A stretch of DNA of 64,000 nucleotides, taken from an uncultured Sunxiuqinia sp. (GTDB taxonomy: Bacteria > Bacteroidota > Bacteroidia > Bacteroidales > Prolixibacteraceae). The position numbers were made by a program, and so were the translations under genes. A model generated the notes under the pieces. That model searched no databases and was not told where the DNA came from. It saw only the letters and a list, made by a program, of their open reading frames with translations. The stretch is from the NCBI RefSeq assembly GCF_963974515.1, contig NZ_CAXBDD010000003.1:71898-135897 (forward strand), in the 5' to 3' direction. Of this stretch, positions 29,157 through 37,756 are shown piece after piece. Positions within the stretch are counted from its first letter, which is position 1. Each line of letters begins with the position of its first letter.

Positions 29157-30410
29157 ATGACACCATTTGAAAAGTTAGAAATCATTGAGCCAATTCTGAA
29201 GGCCTTAAAAGAAGAAAATTACACGAATCCAACCCCGATACAAGAAAAAGCCATCCCCATCATACTCTCTCGAAAAGACGTGCTTGGAAGCGCTCAAACC
29301 GGAACGGGAAAAACAGCTGCTTTTGCAATTCCCATTCTGCAACACCTTTTTCATGACCAGCGGCAACGTAATCACCAGCGCATGATCAAGTCGTTGATTA
29401 TTACGCCAACCCGCGAGCTGGCTATTCAGATTGGGGAAAGTCTGTCGACTTACGGAAAGTACACAGGCATTAAAAATACCGTGATTTTCGGCGGGGTGAA
29501 GCAAGGTGCCCAAACAAATGCCTTGCGCAGTGGTATCGATATTTTGGTTGCCACGCCAGGACGCTTGCTCGATTTAATGGATCAGGGCTTTATTAGCCTG
29601 AGTCATATTGAGTATTTTGTGCTTGATGAAGCCGACCGCATGTTGGATATGGGTTTCATCAACGAAATTAAAAAGATTATTGCCAAACTGCCTGCAAAGC
29701 GACAGTCGCTGTTTTTTTCGGCCACCATGCCCGACAATATTGTTGAGCTGTCATCCAAAATCCTGAGAAACCCGGAAAAGATTGATGTCAGTCCGATTTC
29801 GTCTACTGCCGAAACTATTACTCAGTACTTGTATTATACCAACAAGAGCGACAAGAACGACCTGCTGGTTCACATTCTGAAGAACCAGAAACTGGACCCG
29901 GTATTGTTGTTTGCCCGTACCAAGCATGGAGCAGACAAAATTGTACGTAACCTGCAAAAGCACAAGATTGAATCGGCTGCCATTCACGGTGATAAGGCCC
30001 AAAATCAGCGGCAAAAGGCGCTGGCTAAATTCAAAGACCGCGAAATCAGGGTGCTGGTAGCTACTGACATTGCTGCGCGCGGAATCGACATTGACAAGCT
30101 GAAGTATGTGATTAATTACGACATTCCGAATGTGGCTGAAACCTACGTACACCGCATTGGTCGGTCGGGCAGGGCAGGCGACGAGGGGGTTGCCATTTCA
30201 ATGTGCGAGCCCGAAGAGAATGCTTATGTCAAAGATATTGAGCGCCTGATCAATCAACGGATTGAACGCGTACAGCAAAATCCTTATCCGCAAACGGATA
30301 AGCCTATGACGGCCAATGAAAAAAAGGCCTTTGAAAAGGAAAAGAGCAAGCGAAAGCAGGAGTTCTTCGCCAATCGAAATAAATCGCAAAACCGATCATA
30401 TCGGCGATAA
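29157..30410 (+). CDS. DEAD-box RNA helicase (RhlE-like)
   Basis: PTPIQ, AQTGTGKT, PTRELA, TPGRL, DEAD, SAT, HRIGRSGR; promoter TACCTTTG at 29085-29092. Confidence 0.95.
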   Translation: MTPFEKLEIIEPILKALKEENYTNPTPIQEKAIPIILSRKDVLGSAQTGTGKTAAFAIPILQHLFHDQRQRNHQRMIKSLIITPTRELAIQIGESLSTYGKYTGIKNTVIFGGVKQGAQTNALRSGIDILVATPGRLLDLMDQGFISLSHIEYFVLDEADRMLDMGFINEIKKIIAKLPAKRQSLFFSATMPDNIVELSSKILRNPEKIDVSPISSTAETITQYLYYTNKSDKNDLLVHILKNQKLDPVLLFARTKHGADKIVRNLQKHKIESAAIHGDKAQNQRQKALAKFKDREIRVLVATDIAARGIDIDKLKYVINYDIPNVAETYVHRIGRSGRAGDEGVAISMCEPEENAYVKDIERLINQRIERVQQNPYPQTDKPMTANEKKAFEKEKSKRKQEFFANRNKSQNRSYRR

Positions 30411-30444
30411 AAAAAAAGAAGCCAATTTTGGCTTCTTTTTTTTT
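30409..30444. terminator. Bidirectional terminator between convergent genes
   Basis: A-run, gaagcca/tggcttc stem, T-run. Confidence 0.85.
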
Positions 30445-30448
30445 ATCG

Positions 30449-31222
30449 CTACAGTTTTCTTCCCACATAGAATACATAGCCGTAATAGGCTTTATACTTA
30501 ATGTACAGCTTTGCTTCGTGCCGTTGGTTGGCGATCAACGCTTTGGCTGTTTGATTTCCTGCATGCTTCTTTCGAAAAGCATCCTGAGCCGAAACTTGTG
30601 GTACATAAAAATGTTCGATCCAGCAGTTTTCGGGCAAGATAAAGCTGGCCACAGGAACATAGCCGGCATGTTGCATTTGGCCCAACTTGTTGGGAATAGT
30701 GTCAATTCCCGGGTAAGCATCCTGCCAGAAGGCATCGATTTCGTCAGGCCGCTCTTCGGTGAACCACGAAGCTTCTGTGATGGCGATGTACCCACCAGGT
30801 TTCAGAAATTTCCGCCATTCGTTTAAGCCCCGTTCAAAGCCGATATTGTAGATCGCGCCTTCCGACCAGATCATGTCTAAGGTTTCCGGTTGAAAAGGAA
30901 GCTTGTCCATCGAACCTACAACGCCTTTTACGCGATCCTGCAAGTTCAGCTTGCCGGCGTTGTGGTTAAAAAGGTCGATAAACACGGGAAATAAATCGAT
31001 GCCTGTAATTTGTCCCGGCGCATGCTGTGCCAGCACCATGGTTTGTCCGCCAGTTCCGCACCCAATGTCAGCAATGTGCGATTCACCGCTCAGTCCACTA
31101 ATAAAACTCAAGGCTTTTAAAGTCACTTCGGGGCTTCCCGGCCCTTGTCGTTCCAGGTTTGAAAAATATTCGCAAATTAAATCGAAGTCAAATTCGTGAA
31201 TAGATGTATGATCGTTATCCAT
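30449..31222 (-). CDS. Class I SAM-dependent methyltransferase
   Basis: [37 protein letters not shown]. Confidence 0.92.
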   Translation of the reverse strand: MDNDHTSIHEFDFDLICEYFSNLERQGPGSPEVTLKALSFISGLSGESHIADIGCGTGGQTMVLAQHAPGQITGIDLFPVFIDLFNHNAGKLNLQDRVKGVVGSMDKLPFQPETLDMIWSEGAIYNIGFERGLNEWRKFLKPGGYIAITEASWFTEERPDEIDAFWQDAYPGIDTIPNKLGQMQHAGYVPVASFILPENCWIEHFYVPQVSAQDAFRKKHAGNQTAKALIANQRHEAKLYIKYKAYYGYVFYVGRKL

Positions 31223-31234
31223 GAGTGTTGAAAT

Positions 31235-31333
31235 TTATAGGATTGAAACCCTTAAGCAAAGAATGTACGATTGCTCTTCAGATTTCAACAGGTTATTAAA
31301 ATCGAGATGTGAAAATAACTCCGACAAGTACAT
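31235..31333 (-). CDS. Putative 32-aa leader peptide upstream of the methyltransferase
   Basis: MYLSELFSHLDFNNLLKSEEQSYILCLRVSIL*; lies between promoter TACCTTTG (31433-31440) and the CDS start 12 nt downstream. Confidence 0.3.
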   Translation of the reverse strand: MYLSELFSHLDFNNLLKSEEQSYILCLRVSIL

Positions 31334-31611
31334 GCCCGAGTTCAATTGAGGGATAACCAGCGGCGAATGCCCCGGGTTATTTACTTTACCCGATCCGTTT
31401 CAATTTTAAACATCCAATGGTTTTAGATCAAACAAAGGTAGGAATTTCTTTAGACGCAGAGGGCATCCGCCAAACAATAAAGTCGGTGCAAAGCAATTAG
31501 CTCTTCTCGTTAAGCAGAAACCTTTCCGTGTAATGTAGGAATTTTTAGATGGAAGTGTAGAGTCAAGCATCCAGAATCCAGAATCGAGAATCAGCAATCA
31601 ATCCTCAATCT

Positions 31612-32088
31612 CTATACCATCTTTGCGAAAAAATACCAGGCCATCATGCCCGAGACAATCAGTTTAAGCAGGGTTCCCACTAAAAAGCCGAGAAACGAAC
31701 CGAAGCCGGATCGAAAAGCCTCGCGCGATTGTTTGCCGCTGCTGAGTTCGCCCAGCACTGCGCCCAAAAACGGGCCGACAATAATTCCGAAAGGCGGAAA
31801 AAGCAACATTCCGACCAGTAGACCAATGATACTTCCCCAAACCCCGCGTTTGCTTCCGCCAAACTTTTTGGTGCCCCAAATCGGAATGAGGTAATCGAGC
31901 AAATACACGACGATGGTAATCACACCCCAAACAATTAAGAAGTTGGTGGAAAACTGGTAGCGCTCCGTGAGGTGTAACAGGATCAGCCCCACATAACTTA
32001 ATGGCGGCCCGGGAAGAACTGGCAATATACCCCCTAAAATACCACTGATGATAAAGAGAACGCCCAACGTAATTAAAACGTAATCCAT
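31612..32088 (-). CDS. DUF456 family membrane protein
   Basis: LPVLPGPPL, KKFGGSKRGVWG and GPFLGAVLGE motifs. Confidence 0.9.
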   Translation of the reverse strand: MDYVLITLGVLFIISGILGGILPVLPGPPLSYVGLILLHLTERYQFSTNFLIVWGVITIVVYLLDYLIPIWGTKKFGGSKRGVWGSIIGLLVGMLLFPPFGIIVGPFLGAVLGELSSGKQSREAFRSGFGSFLGFLVGTLLKLIVSGMMAWYFFAKMV

Positions 32089-32090
32089 AG

Positions 32091-32915
32091 CTAAGTTGTT
32101 GGTTGTGTTTGTTTTCGGGCAACCGTGGCCAGCAGGCCAATCAACACCAGACTCAGTCCGGCTACCAGGTAGCTGACCATTAGCTGCTCTTCCTTCTCAA
32201 GCAGGAAGAAGGAGAACTGGCTGATCTCGTCCCAATATTCGATGGACAGCAGTACCAGTATATTATTGATGGAGTGCCCTATGATGCAGGCTAAAATATT
32301 GCGCGTAATAACCATCACCCAGCCCAACAGCAAGCCCAGTAAAAAAGTAGCCGGAAATTGCCAGGGGTTTAAATGAAACAAGGCGAAGAACAAGGCCGAT
32401 ACCAAAATGGCGATAATCTTGGGGTAGTTGCGCATAAAGCCATGCATAATTACACCACGGAAAATCAGCTCTTCAACAATGGGGGCAACAATGGCGACTT
32501 TCAAAAAGGCGCCTAAAAAGCCATAATCGTTTTCAAAGATTCGTTCGAAAAGCTCCCAAAACCAAGGCGGGGGAGGAAACACCTGGTCGATTTTCTTGTT
32601 GATTTCACCCAAAAACACATGTGCTGCCGCTAAAAAAGTCAGCACAGGAATAAAAATAAGCAGGTTAAACCGCTTGATTGGAAACAAGATGCCGAGTTTG
32701 GTTTGAGCTTTCCGGTAGGCAAAATAAAGGATAAACAAGATGGAGCCGAGCGAAAGGGCGATCTTCTTAATCGGATTCGACAAATACTCTGTACCATGGT
32801 AATAATCCCAAATCGCCAATGGAAAATCAACCACGGTTTGAATGAAGATGTATAAAATAACCAAATGTGCCGCCCCTAAGATTGTCGGGAAGTAAGGTCT
32901 CTGAGTCGAATTCAT
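32091..32915 (-). CDS. CPBP family intramembrane metalloprotease
   Basis: APIVEELIFRG, FALFHLN, IIGHSINN. Confidence 0.92.
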   Translation of the reverse strand: MNSTQRPYFPTILGAAHLVILYIFIQTVVDFPLAIWDYYHGTEYLSNPIKKIALSLGSILFILYFAYRKAQTKLGILFPIKRFNLLIFIPVLTFLAAAHVFLGEINKKIDQVFPPPPWFWELFERIFENDYGFLGAFLKVAIVAPIVEELIFRGVIMHGFMRNYPKIIAILVSALFFALFHLNPWQFPATFLLGLLLGWVMVITRNILACIIGHSINNILVLLSIEYWDEISQFSFFLLEKEEQLMVSYLVAGLSLVLIGLLATVARKQTQPTT

Positions 32916-33018
32916 AGTTCGTTTTAAACTTGCTCTAAAATAGCGGACTTTTCCTTAAAATGAAACAGGAGACGCTATAATTAGCACCTCCTGCTTTATT
33001 TCCTTATCAGTTTCTTTG

Positions 33019-33663
33019 CTACAAATCTTTTCTGGCCAGGTAAAAGTCAACCATTTCGTAGTCCGATTTTTCGCGTTCCTCCATATCCGGAACTGTTTTT
33101 GGCGGTGGAACAATGACTTTTTCTCCGGGAACCCAGTTCAACGGAAGGGCCACACCATGTTTGTCGGCTGTTTGCAAAGCTTTCAACACCCGCAGAATCT
33201 CATTCATGTTACGCCCAACATTCAGCGGATAATACATCATCAGTCGAACCTTGCCGGTTGGATCAATAATAAACACCGCACGAACGGCTGCCGTTTCGCT
33301 TTCGTTGGGCTGCAGCATGCCGTAAAGCTTCGACACTTTCATGTCAATATCAGCAATAATCGGAAAATTGAACAACACACCGCTGTTCTTTTTTACATTG
33401 TTCACCCAAGCCACGTGAGCATGAATGCTGTCGATACTCAAACCCATCAGTTTGGTGTTTAATGCTTTAAATTCGTCGCTTTGTATGGCAAAACCACTCA
33501 TTTCAGTGGTACAAACCGGCGTAAAGTCAGCCGGATGCGAAAACAGGATGACCCAACTTCCTTTGTTATACTCCGAGAATTTTAACGGCCCATAGGTGGT
33601 ATCGGCTGTAAAGTCAGGAGCCATATCACCAATCCGAGGCATTTGATTAATTTGTTCTTCCAT
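33019..33663 (-). CDS. Peroxiredoxin (Prx6 / 1-Cys type)
   Basis: FSHPADFTPVCTTE, VRAVFIID, GRNMNEILR. Confidence 0.93.
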   Translation of the reverse strand: MEEQINQMPRIGDMAPDFTADTTYGPLKFSEYNKGSWVILFSHPADFTPVCTTEMSGFAIQSDEFKALNTKLMGLSIDSIHAHVAWVNNVKKNSGVLFNFPIIADIDMKVSKLYGMLQPNESETAAVRAVFIIDPTGKVRLMMYYPLNVGRNMNEILRVLKALQTADKHGVALPLNWVPGEKVIVPPPKTVPDMEEREKSDYEMVDFYLARKDL

Positions 33664-33950
33664 GATCTTTTTTAATTAGGATTAATGTTCTGGTTTCATA
33701 ATAACTTCTTTTTCAGAAATATGTTCATCTTTAAGTGGTGAAAAAGATTACCTTTGTTCGGCTATTAATCATTGGAAAAACACGATTTGCTATCCCATTG
33801 AAACAGAGACCAAAAAAGTTATTTGTTTGTGAACAGTTTGTTGTTGAAAAAACCACGATTTTTTTCTGAAACAATTTGATTTTTACAAGAAAAAGCGCTT
33901 ATTTTGCGAACTGTTTGAAAAATGTGTGATTCTGAATAAAAAATAAGACA

Positions 33951-34193
33951 ATGTCAAAAGTTTGTCAAGTTACCGGTAAAAAAATGATGGTGGGAAACAA
34001 TGTTTCACACTCGAAAAGAAGAACGAAGCGTCGGTTTTATCCGAACTTGTTCAAGAAGAAATTCTATCTTCCAGAGGAAGACCGTTGGATTTCGTTAACA
34101 GTTTCTGCAGCAGGAATCCGTACAATCAATAAAAGAGGTTTGGTGGCTGCGCTGAAAGAAGCGAAGGAAAAAGGATACGTAACGAATATTTAA
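33951..34193 (+). CDS. rpmB: 50S ribosomal protein L28
   Basis: [10 protein letters not shown]...[19 protein letters not shown]. Confidence 0.97.
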   Translation: MSKVCQVTGKKMMVGNNVSHSKRRTKRRFYPNLFKKKFYLPEEDRWISLTVSAAGIRTINKRGLVAALKEAKEKGYVTNI

Positions 34194-34205
34194 AAGCGTA
34201 GAAAA

Positions 34206-34388
34206 ATGGCTAAAAAAGGTAATAGGGTTCAGGTTATTTTAGAATGTACCGAGCATAAAGACAGTGGTGTGCCCGGAACATCACGGTACATTTCAACCAA
34301 GAACAGGAAAAATACACCTGATCGTTTGGAATTGAAAAAGTACAACCCGGTTTTGAAAAAAGTAACTGTTCACCGCGAAATTAAATAA
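34206..34388 (+). CDS. rpmG: 50S ribosomal protein L33
   Basis: [17 protein letters not shown]...[13 protein letters not shown]. Confidence 0.97.
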   Translation: MAKKGNRVQVILECTEHKDSGVPGTSRYISTKNRKNTPDRLELKKYNPVLKKVTVHREIK

Positions 34389-34396
34389 ATTGAGAT

Positions 34397-34549
34397 ATGG
34401 CAAAGAAAGCAGTTGCATCATTGCAAAAAGGTGCCGGTAAAGGTTTTTCCAAAGTAATTAAAATGGTAAAGTCTGAAAAAACCGGAGCATTCACATTTCA
34501 GGAAGAAATGATTCCTAATGAAATGGTTAAAGACTATTTTAAGAAGTAA
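34397..34549 (+). CDS. DUF4295 family small protein (50 aa, missing from ORF track)
   Basis: Hand translation MAKKAVASLQKGAGKGFSKVIKMVKSEKTGAFTFQEEMIPNEMVKDYFKK; usual position after rpmG in Bacteroidota. Confidence 0.92.
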   Translation: MAKKAVASLQKGAGKGFSKVIKMVKSEKTGAFTFQEEMIPNEMVKDYFKK

Positions 34550-34571
34550 AGATATTTGTTTGCTTAAACAG

Positions 34572-34603
34572 AAAAGCTTCCATCGATTGATGGGAGCTTT
34601 TTT
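34572..34603. terminator. Terminator after the rpmB-rpmG-DUF4295 operon
   Basis: aagcttccatc/gatgggagctt stem followed by a T-run. Confidence 0.8.
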
Positions 34604-34633
34604 GTTATCCGTCTTTTAGATTACTCATTCGAG

Positions 34634-35404
34634 TCATTCCGGCGATTTCTCCGGCAGAAACTTCCAATACCGCCGGGGCATATGCTGGCGTTGCAGTTTG
34701 TGGTTCTTTCGCTCCTTAATGTTGATGCTGTCAAAGTAATTCTTCCACAATACCTGGTAGCTGGCTTCCTGCTCCTGTAGCAAGTTGTGATTGACCTTCC
34801 CGTCCAGGCGGGAAAAGGTCTTCTCCGAAATCTCCACTTCCCGAACCGTTTTTAGATCGTAATAAAAGCCATAATCGCGTTTCAGGTCGTAAATCAGCCA
34901 CTGTTGATCGGCAAACCGGTTCTTGAAATGCCGGAGGGTAAAGGGCAATACATCGTATGCCGGTTCAACCGGGGCGAAATAAAGGCCATCTTTGGTTTCC
35001 TGGAATCGAACAAACTGAAGCAGGCGAGAGGTTTCCTGCAGGACTTTCCGTTCCAGCTTTTTCAATTGAAGCACATCTGCATCGCCATAATCGGATTCAA
35101 TGCTGAATTTGGTGTCGAACAAACGGCGGACAAAACGAAACAACATCATCTCGATGCCGGGCTCTGCAGACAAGAAAGCCATGAAAGGCAATTCTTTGTT
35201 TCGTTGATGAAGCTTTTGCCTCAAGGCTTTCCAAACACGATTGGCTTGCTGCTCATTGGTTGAAATAACTTGCTTCTCGGTAAACAAGACTTCCTGAAAA
35301 TCAACTTCGCCACAAATGTCAGTTGGCGTAATTTTTTGTTGATAGCACTGAAAAACAACGCTTAACAAGCCTTCGAACGTTCCATCGTAAATTAAATAAG
35401 CCAT
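34634..35404 (-). CDS. TIGR03915-type putative DNA metabolism protein (DUF4130)
   Basis: YDGTFEGLL, FVRF, HFKNRFADQQWLIYD, WKNYFDSINIKERKN..LQRQHMPRRYW. Confidence 0.88.
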   Translation of the reverse strand: MAYLIYDGTFEGLLSVVFQCYQQKITPTDICGEVDFQEVLFTEKQVISTNEQQANRVWKALRQKLHQRNKELPFMAFLSAEPGIEMMLFRFVRRLFDTKFSIESDYGDADVLQLKKLERKVLQETSRLLQFVRFQETKDGLYFAPVEPAYDVLPFTLRHFKNRFADQQWLIYDLKRDYGFYYDLKTVREVEISEKTFSRLDGKVNHNLLQEQEASYQVLWKNYFDSINIKERKNHKLQRQHMPRRYWKFLPEKSPE

Positions 35405-35408
35405 GCTG

Positions 35409-36713
35409 TTAATTCTTAAAATGAAGCTGTTTGGGACCGCACACCGGGCTGGGCTGAGGAGGGAATAGCATCAGCTGGGTATCTCCTGCTTTCCGGCGTT
35501 TCATCTGGCTCTCAGCCAAAATATGATTTTTCAGGCGTTCAGGTTCCCAGCTGACCATTCGTGGTGGCAATTCGTTACATGTAATAAAGTACTGCGCTCG
35601 TTTCATCACTACGCCAATCTTTTTCAAATGAAAGCTGGTCAGTCGTCGAAAACGTCGGGTATCGACAATCATTCGGGCGGATTGCACCCCAATGCCAGGC
35701 ACTCGTAAAATCAGGTGGTAGTCGGCTTTGTTAATATCAACAGGGAACAAGTGTAAGTTTCGGATCGCGAATGCCAGCTTCGGATCAATCTCCAGATCCA
35801 GAAAAAGTCGCTCCGGCGTAAGAATTTCATCGGGCGAAAACTCATAAAACCGCATCAGCCAGTCGCTTTGATACAGCCGGTTTTCGCGTACCAATGGTGG
35901 TGACTGTATAGCCGGAAGCCGTTTGTCGTATTCATTCACAGGCAAATAACCGGAATAATAAACTCGTTTCAGTTTCTGTTGATGATAGAAGTTTGAGGAA
36001 AGCTGAAGAATGTCCCGATCACTTTCGGGTGTGGCACCTACAATAATCTGGGTGCTTTGTCCGGCGGGTGTAAACTTCGGTACCCTGTGAAACTTTTTGC
36101 GTTCTTCTTTATAGGCTTGAATGCCTTCGCTGATTTGGTTCATTGGCTGCAGAACACTTGCGTAATCTTTTTCGGGCGCCAGCTTTTTCAGTTGCAGTTC
36201 GGTTGGTATCTCAATGTTCACGCTCATTCGATCAGCGTATCGGCCGGCTTCATAAATCAGTTCGCGACTGGCTCCCGGAATGGCTTTCAGGTGAATATAA
36301 CCATAGTAGCGTTCCTTCAAGCGCAGTTTTTTGGCTACCAGCATCATGCGCTCCATCGTGTAGTCCGGATTTTTAATTACGCCGGAGCTTAAAAACAAAC
36401 CCTCAATGTAATTTCTTCGGTAAAAACCAATGGTCAGATCAACGATTTCCTGAACGGTGAAAGCGGCGCGAGGGCGGTCGTTGGTTCGCCGGTTAATGCA
36501 ATAGGCGCAATCGTAAATACAATGGTTGGTCATCAAAATCTTAAACAGGCTGATGCAGCGTCCGTCATCGGTAAAGCTGTGGCAAATACCTGCTGCCACG
36601 GCATTTCCAATTCCATCGTTGTTGTTCCGGCTGTTTCCGCTCGATGAGCAGGATACATCGTATTTCGCTGCATCGGCTAATATTTTTAGTTTTTCTTGAA
36701 TGGTCGCATTCAT
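35409..36713 (-). CDS. Putative DNA modification/repair radical SAM protein (TIGR03916 type) with HhH
   Basis: ILADAAKYDVSCSSSG, GICHS, CIYDCAYC (CX3CX2C), GLFLSSG, RENRLYQSDWL, HhH LLRVPGIG-like segment. Confidence 0.92.
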   Translation of the reverse strand: MNATIQEKLKILADAAKYDVSCSSSGNSRNNNDGIGNAVAAGICHSFTDDGRCISLFKILMTNHCIYDCAYCINRRTNDRPRAAFTVQEIVDLTIGFYRRNYIEGLFLSSGVIKNPDYTMERMMLVAKKLRLKERYYGYIHLKAIPGASRELIYEAGRYADRMSVNIEIPTELQLKKLAPEKDYASVLQPMNQISEGIQAYKEERKKFHRVPKFTPAGQSTQIIVGATPESDRDILQLSSNFYHQQKLKRVYYSGYLPVNEYDKRLPAIQSPPLVRENRLYQSDWLMRFYEFSPDEILTPERLFLDLEIDPKLAFAIRNLHLFPVDINKADYHLILRVPGIGVQSARMIVDTRRFRRLTSFHLKKIGVVMKRAQYFITCNELPPRMVSWEPERLKNHILAESQMKRRKAGDTQLMLFPPQPSPVCGPKQLHFKN

Positions 36714-36770
36714 AATCGATAAGCTTGTATGATTCTTGTTTTTTTATTGGCAAACGAGATGATAAAATTA

Positions 36771-36802
36771 CTAATAAAATTAGTAATTACTAATAGGATT
36801 AG
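36771..36802. promoter_or_regulatory. Two tandem palindromic operators CTAA-N5-TTAG (36771-36783 and 36790-36802)
   Basis: ctaaTAAAAttag and ctaaTAGGAttag; the first extends to attactaa-N5-ttagtaat; both lie between divergent starts next to -7 box TATATTTG (36804-36811). Confidence 0.75.
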
Positions 36803-36815
36803 GTATATTTGGTGG

Positions 36816-37574
36816 ATGAATTTTTTAGCACAGAATATCAAGTATTTACGAAAAACAAAGCAGTGGACGCAGCAACAGTTGGCTGATGAACTTCAGATAA
36901 AACGTGCATTGGTTGGTTCGTACGAAGAGGGTAGGGCAACGCCTAAAATCGCCGTACTTCAGCGGCTGGCTGTCTTGCTGGATACGAAATTGGATGACCT
37001 GCTGGGCAGGCCTTTGGAAGAAAAACAAGAAGGCAGGTCACCTTCAGCCAAGGTGTTGTCCATTGTGGTGGATCAAAATAATGAAGAATTGATTCCCATT
37101 GTTCCTGCAAAAGCTTCGGCAGGGTACCTAAACGGTTTTGCTGACCCGCATTATGTGGAGTCGCTGCCTCGCTTTTATATGCCTATTCCCGAATTGTCGC
37201 GCGAACGCACCTATCGTGTCTTTCAGATCAAAGGCGACAGCATGTTACCTGTGCTGCCTGAATCTTATCTGTTTTGTGAATATGTGCCGGATTTGGAAGA
37301 TTTGAAAAATGGACAAACGTATATCCTCATCACCAAAGATGAAGGTCTGGTTTATAAACGTGTCTTTTTGAAAGCTGCCAGCCAGTTACTGCTGAAGTCG
37401 GATAATCCGGAATACGATTCTTATGTAATTGGCTTGGAGCAAGTGTTGGAATTGTGGAAAGCCAAAGGCGTTTTAAGCTTCGAACTTCCAAAGCCCGAAA
37501 TGATGAGATCAGCCCATATTTCGTCTGTTTTGAAGGAAGTGAAGGATGAGATTCGGAAGCTGAGAAATCAATAG
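36816..37574 (+). CDS. CI/LexA-like repressor (XRE HTH plus S24 autopeptidase)
   Basis: HTH NIKYLRK..WTQQQLAD..IKRALVGSYEEGRA; Ala-Gly site ASAG; catalytic Ser GDSM and Lys VYKRV. Confidence 0.9.
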   Translation: MNFLAQNIKYLRKTKQWTQQQLADELQIKRALVGSYEEGRATPKIAVLQRLAVLLDTKLDDLLGRPLEEKQEGRSPSAKVLSIVVDQNNEELIPIVPAKASAGYLNGFADPHYVESLPRFYMPIPELSRERTYRVFQIKGDSMLPVLPESYLFCEYVPDLEDLKNGQTYILITKDEGLVYKRVFLKAASQLLLKSDNPEYDSYVIGLEQVLELWKAKGVLSFELPKPEMMRSAHISSVLKEVKDEIRKLRNQ

Positions 37575-37756
37575 CTGGTATGATTTATGTTTCACGAATA
37601 TTTTAAGAGTTTCCACTACGCTCGTTTGTTGTCTGACGAAAAAGTCAAATAGCCACCATGAAGTTTCCCCTTTGTTAACTCTTCCATCGCTCCTAAATTT
37701 CAATCGAATTATGTCAGTCAATTTTTGTAAATTGCGCCACTCAAATTCAGAAAGCT

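Noticed and set aside
31560-31610. tccagaatccagaatcgagaatcagcaatc repeats (similar at 3350-3400)
   Set aside because: Short degenerate heptamer-like low-complexity tracts without spacers; not CRISPR
32091-32915. CPBP (Abi-named) protein as phage defence
   Set aside because: Ordinary intramembrane protease next to DUF456; no defence-island context
36816-37574. Prophage inferred from the CI-like repressor
   Set aside because: No integrase, cro, replication or structural genes; flanks are core genes
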